Origin: Chloroflexota bacterium
GTDB lineage: Bacteria; Chloroflexota; Dehalococcoidia; Lucifugimonadales; JADFKI01
Direction: 5' to 3'
Length of the DNA stretch: 64,000 nucleotides
Assembly: GCA_027623195.1 (NCBI GenBank)
Contig: JAQBUT010000022.1
Span: 1 to 64,000 of the forward strand
Shown here piece by piece: positions 40,281 to 49,996 of this stretch; position 1 is the stretch's first letter, and each line of letters begins with the position of its first letter. The notes beneath the pieces were generated by a model. That model did no database searches. It had not been told where the DNA came from and saw only the letters and a program-made list of their open reading frames with translations. Position numbers and translations under genes: made by a program.

Positions 40281-41603
40281 TTAGTTCGGTGACCAGGTAG
40301 CCATGAAGCCGTCTGCAATTACCCGCGTCGTAGTGTCGCCGGACGTATTGACTACCATGATGTGTTCCCCATCATGCTCCAAGCTATTTCCGCCGAGACT
40401 TGCGCCACTGTTTAATCCCTTAAACGAGGCCGTAACGGCATCCGTATTCAGGTTGCCTGCGAAAACCAGCGCATCGCTGTCGGGGGACCAGAGCGAGTGG
40501 GAGTATGCGTACTGATCGAAAAACTGGAACATTGTCAGCTGTGCAACCGAGGGCACGAAATCCACGAGGGCTTTACGCTCCCCGGATGCGATGTCCAACA
40601 CCACCCAGCGTAAGACGCCCGACTTTTCGGACAGACGCGCATAGGCTATTTGCCTTCCGTTAGGTGACCAGAAGTGGGCCAGCATAGGCTCCCGAACAAT
40701 GAGTAAGGGGTCTGCATCGGTATCTGAGTACACGGAAAGGCTCGCGTAAACGTCCAGGGAAAGGCCAAGGTACGCCAGGGGGCGAGAGCTGTGAGCGATG
40801 GAAATATAATTTCCGTCCGGTGACCACAGGTAGGCGGGAATAGGGCTAGTGGTGAGCAACCGCCGAGGGGCAGCAGCCTCTCCGCCTGAAACGCCAGACC
40901 CCAAGATGTGATACTGGGTTCTATTTGCCCTAAGCCCCGTCACAAACGACGTGCCGTCTGGCGACCACGCCGGCACCCTGGTTTCTACGTCAGTCAATCC
41001 CAAAGGATCTACATTCAGGTCTTCATCTGAATTTATCAGGAAGTGTTCATCTGCCCGGTGAGCCAACAGATGTTCAGAGTCCGGTGCCCAGGAAATCCAG
41101 AGCGGTCCATTATCCAACAAAGCCTGCGCGCTCGGGTCAGCCGAAAGGTCGTCCATGAACAGCGTGAGGCCGTCTGCCGTGGCAGCGATAAACGCCACCT
41201 TGTCACCATCAGGTGACCAAAGCGGGTAGTGGATTACACCCTGGGCAAGAAGGCCTGTTACGCCGTCCTCCCCAGCAAATATCTCTGTCGCATCCCTACC
41301 ATTGGAGCCGGAAGCGAATAGGCTCATCCTGATATTCTCGCCGCTTCCAGTGACCCCAGAGTAGACCAAACGCCCAGAATCTGGCGACCAGGTGGGCCAC
41401 GTAAAGAACCCTTCGACATCGGGGCTGATGATTACCGCGCCAGAACCATCCCAGCGAACGGTTCGTATGACACCGTCTTCATCGACGTATGCTATGCGGT
41501 TTGTGGAGGCAGGCTGGTCCAGGCGTATGTCGGCAACGACCCATGTTGCAATCAGCAACGAGACCAGTATAAGAAAGGCGATGAGCAGCCGGAGGTTGGA
41601 CAA
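40281..41603 (-). CDS. Exported TolB-like beta-propeller (PD40 repeats)
   Basis: N-terminal hydrophobic segment; repeated WSPD(G/S) motifs. Confidence 0.8.
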   Translation of the reverse strand: MSNLRLLIAFLILVSLLIATWVVADIRLDQPASTNRIAYVDEDGVIRTVRWDGSGAVIISPDVEGFFTWPTWSPDSGRLVYSGVTGSGENIRMSLFASGSNGRDATEIFAGEDGVTGLLAQGVIHYPLWSPDGDKVAFIAATADGLTLFMDDLSADPSAQALLDNGPLWISWAPDSEHLLAHRADEHFLINSDEDLNVDPLGLTDVETRVPAWSPDGTSFVTGLRANRTQYHILGSGVSGGEAAAPRRLLTTSPIPAYLWSPDGNYISIAHSSRPLAYLGLSLDVYASLSVYSDTDADPLLIVREPMLAHFWSPNGRQIAYARLSEKSGVLRWVVLDIASGERKALVDFVPSVAQLTMFQFFDQYAYSHSLWSPDSDALVFAGNLNTDAVTASFKGLNSGASLGGNSLEHDGEHIMVVNTSGDTTTRVIADGFMATWSPN

Positions 41604-41607
41604 CGCT

Positions 41608-42459
41608 TTAAGTAGTCAGGTCTAGGCTGATGTCTAAAGCATCCGACGAGTGGGTTAGCGCACCCACTGATATGAGGTCTACTCCGGTTTCTGCGACCGC
41701 CCTAACGCGTTCTAAGGTGATGGTGCCAGAGGCCTCGGTGACTGCTTTGCCCTCGCACATCTTGACAGCAGTAGTCATGTCTTCCAAGCCCATATTGTCC
41801 AGCAACAGAATTTCTGCTCCAGCCGACAGAGCCTCGTCTACCTGCGCCAGGTTTTCGACCTCTACCTCGACGTTAATGGTGTGTGACTTGTTATCGTGGG
41901 CCTTGCGTATAACGTCCCCCAGGTTCAGCCCCATTTTGGCCAGAGCCTCAATGTGGTTGTCCTTGATAAGTATGCCGTCACCCAGGTTTTGGCGGTGGTT
42001 GTGTCCGCCGCCAGCTCGAATGGCGTATTTTTCCAGAGTTCGGAGGCCAGGAGTAGTCTTGCGAGTGTCGATAATTCTTACGTGGTTTCCCTGGACCTCT
42101 CGGACGTACGCGGCGGTGGTTGTGGCTATGCCTGATAGCCTGCGCACGAAGTTCAGGGCAGTACGCTCCGCCTTTAGGATAGACGCCACGCTCCCCGAGA
42201 CCTCGGCGATGAGGTCATTGGGTTTAAGTAAGGCCCCGTCTTGCATAAGGACTTTGGTTTCCAGGGAAGGGTCGATTCGCTTGAAGACCGCCAACCCCAC
42301 GTCGATGCCCGCCAGCACTCCCTCCACCTTGGATACGAAACTCGCCTTGCCTTGTAGGTCCGGCGGAATTAGAAGGTCTGTGGTCGGGTCCCCAATGCTC
42401 AGGTCCTCGTATATCGCCCGATCGATAAGGGACTCTGTTTCCGGCGTGATCTGGTACAA
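41608..42459 (-). CDS. nadC: Nicotinate-nucleotide diphosphorylase (carboxylating)
   Basis: AERTALN, DTRKTTPGLR, LIKDNH, LLDNM, ISVGALTHS. Confidence 0.96.
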   Translation of the reverse strand: MYQITPETESLIDRAIYEDLSIGDPTTDLLIPPDLQGKASFVSKVEGVLAGIDVGLAVFKRIDPSLETKVLMQDGALLKPNDLIAEVSGSVASILKAERTALNFVRRLSGIATTTAAYVREVQGNHVRIIDTRKTTPGLRTLEKYAIRAGGGHNHRQNLGDGILIKDNHIEALAKMGLNLGDVIRKAHDNKSHTINVEVEVENLAQVDEALSAGAEILLLDNMGLEDMTTAVKMCEGKAVTEASGTITLERVRAVAETGVDLISVGALTHSSDALDISLDLTT

Positions 42460-42589
42460 GGTTAACCTCCGGAGTCGGCGTTAGCGCCTGTTAGTAGGCT
42501 CGCCTGGATTTTGTTCAAATAAAGCCCATCTCGATAGGCTGTGCTTTGCCGCCGAGATGGGCTCACCTAATTGCTAAATTCTAGGTCTC

Positions 42590-43798
42590 TTATACGACTG
42601 CCAGCATTCGGTCCAAGGCCACCCGCGCCTGTGTGGCGGTTTCCTCGTCTACTGTAATCTGGTTAACTACGACGCCCTCGTTAAGGCCGTCGAGAACCCA
42701 CAGCACGTAGGCTGGATGGATACGGTACATGGTGGAGCAGGGGCATACCACGGAGTCCAGGCAGAAAATTTTCTTGTCCGGATTTTCCGATGCCAGCCTG
42801 TTCACCATACTGACTTCAGTGCCCACGGCAATAACGCTGCCTGCCGGCGCATTCGCCACCATGTCTCTGATGTACTCGGTTGAACCATTGGAGTCGGCCG
42901 CCAGGACCACCTCCATGGTGCACTCTGGGTGTACCACTACATGGACGTCAGGGAACTTCTCCCGGGCCTGCGCTATCTGTTCCACTGTGAAACGCGTGTG
43001 AACGGAGCAATGGCCCTGCCATAGAATCATCTTGGCGTCACGAATTTGCTGCTCGGTGTTGCCCCCTAAAGGCTTGAACGGGTTCCAGATGATCATCTCA
43101 TCCACGCCTATGCCGAACTTGAGCGCCGTGTTGCGGCCCAGATGCTGGTCTGGGAGGAACAGGATCTTATTGCCTCTTGCCAGCGCCCACTCGAATGTAG
43201 CGGTGGCGTTGGATGAGGTGCATACAATCCCGCCGTTGCGCCCGCAAAGGGCTTTGATGGCGGCGGTGGAGTTCATGTAAGTGATGGGAATAACGCCGTT
43301 GTCTGCGCCCAGGACACCCTCGAGGTCGTCCCAGCAGTCCAGTACGTCGTCTATTCTAGCCATGTCTGCCATTGAGCATCCAGCGGTCAGATTCGGCAAA
43401 ATGACTTTCTGTTCTGGCGAGCTGAGGATGTCTGCGGTCTCAGCCATGAAATGCACGCCACAGAAGATGATGAACTCGGCGTTTTCTTGGGAGGCGGCCA
43501 ACTGGGACAGCTTAAAGGAGTCGCCTCGGAAGTCGGCGTACTTGATTATCTCGTCGCGTTGGTAGTGGTGCCCAAGAATGACGGCACGGTCGCCAAGCTT
43601 GGCCCTTGCGTCAGCGATGCGCTGGTCCAACTCTTCGGGCTTCATGCGCATGTAACTTAACGGAAGTTTTTGCCACCGAACCCCAGCGCCGAACTCCTCT
43701 TCCAGTGATCGGGCTGAGAGGTCTTCGTCGGTCTGACAGAAGGCGGACTGCTCGATTTCCGTTATAGGTATTGTTGGGGGCCTCAGGTTAGCTACCAT
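42590..43798 (-). CDS. nadA: Quinolinate synthase
   Basis: ILGHHYQR, FCGVHFMAE, AGCSMADM, YMNS, CTSSNA, GHCSVH, HPEC, CPCSTM; start after AAGGAG. Confidence 0.96.
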   Translation of the reverse strand: MVANLRPPTIPITEIEQSAFCQTDEDLSARSLEEEFGAGVRWQKLPLSYMRMKPEELDQRIADARAKLGDRAVILGHHYQRDEIIKYADFRGDSFKLSQLAASQENAEFIIFCGVHFMAETADILSSPEQKVILPNLTAGCSMADMARIDDVLDCWDDLEGVLGADNGVIPITYMNSTAAIKALCGRNGGIVCTSSNATATFEWALARGNKILFLPDQHLGRNTALKFGIGVDEMIIWNPFKPLGGNTEQQIRDAKMILWQGHCSVHTRFTVEQIAQAREKFPDVHVVVHPECTMEVVLAADSNGSTEYIRDMVANAPAGSVIAVGTEVSMVNRLASENPDKKIFCLDSVVCPCSTMYRIHPAYVLWVLDGLNEGVVVNQITVDEETATQARVALDRMLAVV

Positions 43799-43868
43799 AA
43801 TGGCCGTACTCCTTATTAATATCGGCCGGTCCTGACCATTTAGGACCTTCAAGCCGTTATTTGTCGTC

Positions 43869-45173
43869 TTAATCGCCTACGGCAAGGACCGCCGCGGCAA
43901 TGCTGCCCTGTAATGACCAGGGACTTGTCTTATTAATGGACACTTGCACCATTTTTCCAGACATTTCGGTATCTACGTCCACATTTTCTATGAAAACCAG
44001 CTTGTCGTTACGGTTCCGCCCGAACCACCTGCCACGCTTTCGGCCCTCTATAAGCACATCCATCTCTTGGCCTAGCAGCTTGGCGTTTATTCCGGTGGCA
44101 ATCTGCTCCTGGAGCGCCTCCAGGGCCTTCAGACGCGCCTGTTTCTCATCATGGGGCACGTCGTCCACCATGTTGCGAGCGGCAATGGTCCCCTCGCGAG
44201 TGGAGTATGCGGCCGCATGGACCTTGTCGAACCTAATATCCTGGAGCAGCTTCAGGGTCTCCTGGAATTGGGCGTCTGTCTCGCCGCAGAACCCGACGAT
44301 CACGTCGGTGGCTAGTGAAACGTTGGGAATGCCCTTTCGAATCTGCTCGATCTTGCGCCTGTAATCGTCGTTGGTGTACCCACGCCTCATGATATCCAAA
44401 ACAATGTCGTCACCAGCCTGAAATGGCAGGTTTATATGCTCACAGACCTTGTCTAGTGCTGCGACGGAATCGATGATGTGCTCACTCATGTCGTTTGGGT
44501 GGGAAGTCAGGAACCTGACTCGCTGTAGCTTATCGACGGCATTAACACCAGCCAGGAGGTCCCCAAGGTCGGGTGCCCCGGGCAGGTCGTGGCCGTAGGA
44601 GTCAACGTTCTGGCCTAGCAGCGTGACCTCTTTGACCCCGCGATTGGCCAATAGCTCCGCTTCGCGCACGATATCCTCAATGGGCCGGCTGACCTCTCGG
44701 CCTCGGCGATAGGGGATAATGCAGAAGGTGCAAAACTTGTCGCAACCATGGATTATGGGTATGTACGTGGCCACATCCGGGGTTGCCACCAGCGGGCCGA
44801 TACAGCCCTCTGGGTCGATGCCCATGCGCTCGCCAACAAGGTCCAAGAGCGGCTGGTACTGCTGGGGGCGAAGGAATACATCTACGTAAGGGTAGCGCTG
44901 CTCCAGGGCATCGGTTTTGGGACCGACCATGCAGCCCATTAGAGCCACCACTTTATCGGGGTTTTCCTGTTTTAGAGGCTTGAGGTGGGTGACCATGCCG
45001 ATAACTTTGTCCTCGGCGCTCTGACGCACAACGCAACTGTTAAGGACGATGACGTCGGCCTCTTGAGGGGAAGACTTAGGTGACAGGCCCATCTGACCAA
45101 GCGCACTCTCTAGGCGTTCCGAGTCTGCGACGTTCATTTGGCATCCGATGGTCCAGACGTAATAACTATTCAT
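43869..45173 (-). CDS. miaB: tRNA-2-methylthio-N6-isopentenyladenosine synthase
   Basis: GCQMNVADSE, NSCVVRQSAE, GCM, CDKFCTFC radical SAM motif, LLGQNVDSY, TRAM domain. Confidence 0.93.
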   Translation of the reverse strand: MNSYYVWTIGCQMNVADSERLESALGQMGLSPKSSPQEADVIVLNSCVVRQSAEDKVIGMVTHLKPLKQENPDKVVALMGCMVGPKTDALEQRYPYVDVFLRPQQYQPLLDLVGERMGIDPEGCIGPLVATPDVATYIPIIHGCDKFCTFCIIPYRRGREVSRPIEDIVREAELLANRGVKEVTLLGQNVDSYGHDLPGAPDLGDLLAGVNAVDKLQRVRFLTSHPNDMSEHIIDSVAALDKVCEHINLPFQAGDDIVLDIMRRGYTNDDYRRKIEQIRKGIPNVSLATDVIVGFCGETDAQFQETLKLLQDIRFDKVHAAAYSTREGTIAARNMVDDVPHDEKQARLKALEALQEQIATGINAKLLGQEMDVLIEGRKRGRWFGRNRNDKLVFIENVDVDTEMSGKMVQVSINKTSPWSLQGSIAAAVLAVGD

Positions 45174-45225
45174 TTGTGATTTTTTTCTCAATCTTTTTAT
45201 AAAAAATAAATATTGCCACTCTATG

Positions 45226-45317
45226 TGGCGGAGGGAATGGGATTCGAACCCATGAGAGAGCTTACACCCCCTAAGCGCTTAGCAGGCGCCCGCACTAGAC
45301 CTCTATGCGATCCCTCC
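45226..45317 (-). tRNA. tRNA-Ser(GCT)
   Basis: GGAGGGATCGCATAGAGGTCTAGTGC...CTGCTAA...long variable arm...GGTTCGAATCCCATTCCCTCCGCCA. Confidence 0.95.
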
Positions 45318-45544
45318 GTATGTGATTCTAATATAACAACGATGCACTCGGTTGGCAATGCAGAAGATTGTGATATTCGGAACTATTGGAATAAGGGTGT
45401 TCGATATCAGCACGAAATCCGCAGCAATATGAGTTTTTCAGTAAGAGACGTTTTTTCTTGTTTACAGTTGCCAACGAAGTAGGTGCCTGAAATACGACAT
45501 TTCAGTAAATTGCCCAGTCAATACCGAATATGCCGCTTATTAAG

Positions 45545-46003
45545 TTACGTGGCAGAATTTCGGACAGATGACGCGGCCTCTTTGGCTAGCTGATCTTCCT
45601 GGCTCCCTACCCAAACCTCTCCCCCTTCGAAGAACTCCTTCTTCCAGATGGGGACGATCTGTTTAATGCGTTCGATACTGTACTGGCAGGCCTCGAAAGC
45701 TACCTGGCGATGGGGTGAAGCGACAGCCACAGCCAGGCTGGCCTCGCCGATCTCCAGGCGTCCGAGCCTGTGGGATATGGCCACGTCCTCCACCTGCCAC
45801 CGTTCGCGAATCTCGTCCGCTACTGTAGCTAACTGCTTATCGGCCATAGGCCTGTATGCCTCGTACTCCAGGAACAGCACCTTACGGTTCGCCGTGTGGT
45901 CTCGGGTAGTCCCCAAGAATGTGACCACTGCGCCGTTGGAATCCCTGGCAACCCTGGCCACGATGGCATTCAGGTCCAGAGGCTCGTGCGTTATTTCAAT
46001 CAT
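45545..46003 (-). CDS. moaE: Molybdopterin synthase catalytic subunit
   Basis: GAVVTFLGTTR, LEYEAY..MA, HRLGRL.IGE, SPHR, VPIWKKE. Confidence 0.95.
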   Translation of the reverse strand: MIEITHEPLDLNAIVARVARDSNGAVVTFLGTTRDHTANRKVLFLEYEAYRPMADKQLATVADEIRERWQVEDVAISHRLGRLEIGEASLAVAVASPHRQVAFEACQYSIERIKQIVPIWKKEFFEGGEVWVGSQEDQLAKEAASSVRNSAT

Positions 46004-46099
46004 TACTCACCAGCTATTTCATGCCAATTTCGCAAGATCACTAGAATCTAGCCCCCGGGGTCAACGACTTCTTTAAGGTAGTGCGGCTCCATGGGAAAT

Positions 46100-46351
46100 T
46101 CAAGAAGTTCCGCCGCTGACGGGGGGAATGAGGGCTAACTCGTCGTTTTCGTGGAGAACGTAGGCGTGGTCCTGGTACTCGTCGTTGACGGCCACCATAA
46201 GGCGCGAGGCATCACTGATGATGGCTGGGTGGATTTTCAGTACCTGGTTGGCGGCATCCTGAATCGTTGCGCCTTCCTCTAACTTGAGGTCTAGCTCACC
46301 GGTGCCTGCCTTTTCCTTATAAACCGCGAATAATCGGACCTTGATGTTCAG
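46100..46351 (-). CDS. moaD: Molybdopterin synthase sulfur carrier (83 aa, CTG start; not in ORF track)
   Basis: (M)NIKVRLFAVYKEKAG...MVAVNDEY...DELALIPPVSGGTS*; GGAG 7 nt before CTG; directly upstream of moaE. Confidence 0.9.
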   Translation of the reverse strand: MNIKVRLFAVYKEKAGTGELDLKLEEGATIQDAANQVLKIHPAIISDASRLMVAVNDEYQDHAYVLHENDELALIPPVSGGTS

Positions 46352-46424
46352 GTGCTCTCTCCAATATCAAGCAATTGCCCTAATTATAGCATTGGACCGC
46401 TTCACGCAGCACGTTGTAGGGCCG

Positions 46425-47180
46425 CTAGTAGGCCAGCGCGCCGCCGTTTACGTGTATGGTCTGTCCAGTGATAAAGCTGGCGTCGTCCGAGGCCAGGAAC
46501 GCGCACGTCTTGGCCAGCTCTTCGGGATAGCCTAGCCTGCCAATCGGAATGCCCGCCCCTCGCTGGGCGCTGGTCAGAGTCGTCTGCGTAGACTGAGCAT
46601 GGGCCGGCGTGGTGTCGTATGCGCCAGGGACGATGTGGTTCACGAGGATGCCGTGCTCTGCAAGCTCAGCAGCCAGCGCGCGCGTTAGACCCAATGCCCC
46701 CATTTTCGCGGCTGACACGTGCGCCCACTCCGCCCTGCCTTTGAATGCTTGAAGGCCCGATACATTGATAATCCGACCCCAGCCGTTCTCCATCATTGAG
46801 GGAATGACGGCCTGACACGTAAAGAAAGGGCCGTCCAGATTCACGGCTAAGACAGCACGCCATTCCTCCAGCGTCATTTCCAAAATGGGGGCTCGCCGCC
46901 GAAGACCGGCATTGTTAACAAGGATATCGACTTTGCCGAACTGGTCCATCGCCTGCTGGACCATGGCCTTTACCTGTCCCTGATCGCCCACGTCGGCGAT
47001 GACTGGCAGCGCCTTAACGCCCAGCGCCTCTGCCTCTGCGGCGACCGCTTGAGCCTCTTCGCGATTCGATCGAGTGTTGACCACAACGTCTGCGCCCCGT
47101 GCTGCCAGCGCCAAGGCTGTGGCCCTGCCTATGTTACGTCCAGCGCCGGTAACCAGCGCGACCTTGCCTTCTAGACTCAT
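46425..47180 (-). CDS. Short-chain dehydrogenase/reductase (atypical active site)
   Basis: TGAGRNIG, LVNNAG, NHIVPG, ITGQTIHVNGG; YxxxK reads VSAAK. Confidence 0.9.
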   Translation of the reverse strand: MSLEGKVALVTGAGRNIGRATALALAARGADVVVNTRSNREEAQAVAAEAEALGVKALPVIADVGDQGQVKAMVQQAMDQFGKVDILVNNAGLRRRAPILEMTLEEWRAVLAVNLDGPFFTCQAVIPSMMENGWGRIINVSGLQAFKGRAEWAHVSAAKMGALGLTRALAAELAEHGILVNHIVPGAYDTTPAHAQSTQTTLTSAQRGAGIPIGRLGYPEELAKTCAFLASDDASFITGQTIHVNGGALAY

Positions 47181-47303
47181 TTAACTTCCTCTCAGATCGG
47201 GTGTTGTTCTGACCCGGGGTACTAAAGGCCTGTCGTTGATGGGAAAGTGATTTTCCCCCCTGATATAATCGTAAAACTCATCCAGTTTATAAGGGATTAG
47301 ATA

Positions 47304-48437
47304 ATGAAACAACGAGTGGTTGTTCTTGGCGCGGGATTCGGTGGACTGGAACTTACTACATTGCTATCCGAAGCGATGGGTGAGGAACTTGATCTCACGC
47401 TGATCGACAAAAACGATTCTTTTTTCTTCGGTTTTTCGAAGTTGGATGTCATGTTCGGTCGCAAAACGTCCGATGCTGTCCGCATTGAATATCGGAACAT
47501 CGTCAAGCCCGGGGTGCGCTTCCTTCAGGAAACGATTACCTCCATAGACCCTGAAGCGCGACGCGTCACAACCGAAAACGGGTCATACGACGCCGATATC
47601 CTGGTGGTGGCGCTAGGCGCGGACTACGATCTTGGCGCCACGCCTGGTCTTGTAGAGGGAGGAAATGAGTTCTACTCCTTTCCAGGTGCGGAGCGCTTGA
47701 GGGAAGTACTTCCTTCCTTCACCAAGGGCCATGCAGTTGTCGGTGTAACGTCACCGCCATTCAAGTGCCCGCCAGCGCCTAGTGAGGCAGCTTTGATGCT
47801 CCACGATTATCTCACCGAGCGGGGTGTGCGGGACGCATGCCAAATTAGCCTGGTGCTGCCATTCGGCGTTCCAATTCCTCCCTCACCAGGGACATCTCAG
47901 GCGTTGATCGCTGCCTTCGCAGAGAGGGGTATCACTTTCGTTCCCAATCGGCGGGTGACGGCTTTGGACCCGGAACGTCACGTTGTCATTCTTGATGATG
48001 AAAGTGAATTGCCTTACGACCTGTTCTTGGGTGTTCCGAAACACCGCGTGCCGGATGTAGTCGCGTCGAGCGGAATGACTGAGGACGGCTGGATTCCCGT
48101 TGATCCGGATACTCTCAAGACGTGTTTCCCTGGAGTATACGCGGTGGGTGACGTAACAAGCGTAGGTACGCCAAAGGCCGGGGTCTTCTCAGAAGGTGCG
48201 GCCCGGGTTGTCGCTGCCTCCATGATCGCCGAACACCAGGGAAACGAGATACCGTCAGGCTACGACGGGAGGGGCTCCTGCTACATCCAGTTCGGGATAG
48301 ACAGTGTCGCCCGCGTGGACGTGGACTTCTTTTCAGGGCCTTCGCCTACGGGCACCTTCCAGGAGCCTTCGGTCGCTCTGGTGGGCGAAAAGGAAGAATT
48401 TGGTTCCACTCGCCGGGCCCGTTGGTTCGGACTCTAG
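47304..48437 (+). CDS. FAD-dependent oxidoreductase, sulfide:quinone oxidoreductase-like
   Basis: GAGFGG, FKCPPAP.E, VYAVGDV, PKAGVF, GSCYIQFG. Confidence 0.8.
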   Translation: MKQRVVVLGAGFGGLELTTLLSEAMGEELDLTLIDKNDSFFFGFSKLDVMFGRKTSDAVRIEYRNIVKPGVRFLQETITSIDPEARRVTTENGSYDADILVVALGADYDLGATPGLVEGGNEFYSFPGAERLREVLPSFTKGHAVVGVTSPPFKCPPAPSEAALMLHDYLTERGVRDACQISLVLPFGVPIPPSPGTSQALIAAFAERGITFVPNRRVTALDPERHVVILDDESELPYDLFLGVPKHRVPDVVASSGMTEDGWIPVDPDTLKTCFPGVYAVGDVTSVGTPKAGVFSEGAARVVAASMIAEHQGNEIPSGYDGRGSCYIQFGIDSVARVDVDFFSGPSPTGTFQEPSVALVGEKEEFGSTRRARWFGL

Positions 48438-48469
48438 CGACGTGTTCCCAGTTTAACGATGCTTGTTAG

Positions 48470-48509
48470 CGGGTGTGAAGGCGTCTAGTTGCTGTTGACT
48501 TCACACCCG
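48470..48509. terminator. Stem-loop between convergent genes
   Basis: CGGGTGTGAAG...CTTCACACCCG inverted repeat; no clear U tract. Confidence 0.45.
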
Positions 48510-48526
48510 ACTAATGCAATCAGGCT

Positions 48527-49576
48527 CTATGCCCTTGCCATGCGATTAACCCGATCCACGTTGGCAACGCCCGGCTCGAACTCGCCTGCCTCGACGCCTT
48601 TGATCACTGCCACGGCAGCGTCGTTGTACGGCGTTCGGATGCCGATTCTTCGGCCCTCCTGGGCCACGTAGCCGTTGAGGTAATCAATCTCCGTCTTGCG
48701 GCCCTTGATGACGTCCTGCGCCATGGAGGGCCAACCGGGAAACTTCTGCGGCTGCCCGACGAATGCCGTTTCCAACTCGGCGTGATCCCCGTAGGCCGCC
48801 TGTTCGATGTCCTCGAGGCTGAAGTTGCCGATGGGCGACGCTACGTTGTACCCCAACGCACGCCCCACGCGGATTGCTTCCGCACCGAACTTGAGCATCA
48901 TCTTGCGTGCGCCGTCGTGCACCCGCATGTCGTAGCTTGGCAGGTGGGTCATGGCGCTGCTGGGATTGACGATGCAGTTCAAGGCCATCTTGGTCCATCT
49001 CTCGCCCCAGAGGTCATTGGTGACCACAGTATTGCCAGCAGGCTCGAACAACTCAGCCAGTCGCTCGACACGCGGCGTGGTGCGGCCATCCAATTCGCCC
49101 ACCTTAAAGCAGACGGGCTTGGCCGCAAGGCCCTGGCTGGTGCTGTCTGTCCGCTTTACGTCCGCCATTTCCATCATGCTAGCCGATATCGTGGTGACGC
49201 AGCCTACCATGCGGTCCGCCCCTACGATTGGCGCGATCTGTAGTTCGTTGATACCGTTCTGGGGACTGACCACCCAGGTGTCCTCCCGCATGTACGGCAG
49301 CATAAGTTTGGTGGCCCATGGGGTGTCGTAGGACTTTACTGCAATCAAAACGACGTCGAAGGTGCCCTCTAGTTGGCTTAACTCATCCGTATGGATTACG
49401 TTAATCGGCACAGTGTGGTCCCCGGTACTTCCGCCAAGCTGGAGTCCACGTCTGCGCATGGTCTCAACGCTATCCCGCCACGGGTCGATGAATGTGACGT
49501 CTTCGCCGGCTTCTGCCATAAAGCCGCCTAAGGACCCGCCTATGGCCCCAACTCCCATGACTGCAATCTTCGTCAA
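48527..49576 (-). CDS. Ketopantoate reductase family protein
   Basis: GVGAIGG, AVKSYD, QNG, WTKMALN, SMAQD..GRKTEIDYLNG; TTG start after AAGGAG. Confidence 0.88.
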   Translation of the reverse strand: MTKIAVMGVGAIGGSLGGFMAEAGEDVTFIDPWRDSVETMRRRGLQLGGSTGDHTVPINVIHTDELSQLEGTFDVVLIAVKSYDTPWATKLMLPYMREDTWVVSPQNGINELQIAPIVGADRMVGCVTTISASMMEMADVKRTDSTSQGLAAKPVCFKVGELDGRTTPRVERLAELFEPAGNTVVTNDLWGERWTKMALNCIVNPSSAMTHLPSYDMRVHDGARKMMLKFGAEAIRVGRALGYNVASPIGNFSLEDIEQAAYGDHAELETAFVGQPQKFPGWPSMAQDVIKGRKTEIDYLNGYVAQEGRRIGIRTPYNDAAVAVIKGVEAGEFEPGVANVDRVNRMARA

Positions 49577-49996
49577 GACCTGTCTCCTTCCCATAATGGA
49601 CGGGTGCATTGGCATTGAAGCCAACTCAATAAGTGGGATTATATGTTTCCGTAAGGAGAGGGTCAAGAAAGTTCAACAGCGTTTGCTCGCTCGCTCGCCC
49701 TCTGGGTGCCACCTTTTTTATCAGGATGTGTATAATAGGCGAAAAATCCAGATGGTTGGTTTGAAGGGGCTTTCGGAGGGTGCTTTGTAACTAAAGGAAC
49801 TGCTGGATAACCCTGGAAACGCTACTTTTCCCCGTGTGAAATACCTGCCTCGATTCGGAACTGAAAAGCAGGTTGGGGCATCCACCAATGGACTGTTGCA
49901 AAAGGCAGCGAGAGACTGATTCAGTCGCGCCGATCTATTCTACATACGAGGAATGCAGTTCCCAAATGTAGAGGTAAAAAATCTTGGAGGCGGAGC

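Noticed and set aside
41630..42484. Long antisense ORFs (also 29795-30331, 51919-52740, 53647-54498, 56877-57572)
   Set aside because: Shadow frames of well-supported genes on the opposite strand, with no recognisable motifs
46003..46102. moaD-moaE fusion (MoaX-like) by read-through
   Set aside because: A second in-frame stop (TAA) follows nine codons after the moaD TGA
49750..49850. Moco, SAM-I or c-di-GMP riboswitch in the acsA leader
   Set aside because: Only scattered short matches; core consensus elements absent (kept only as an unassigned structured leader)
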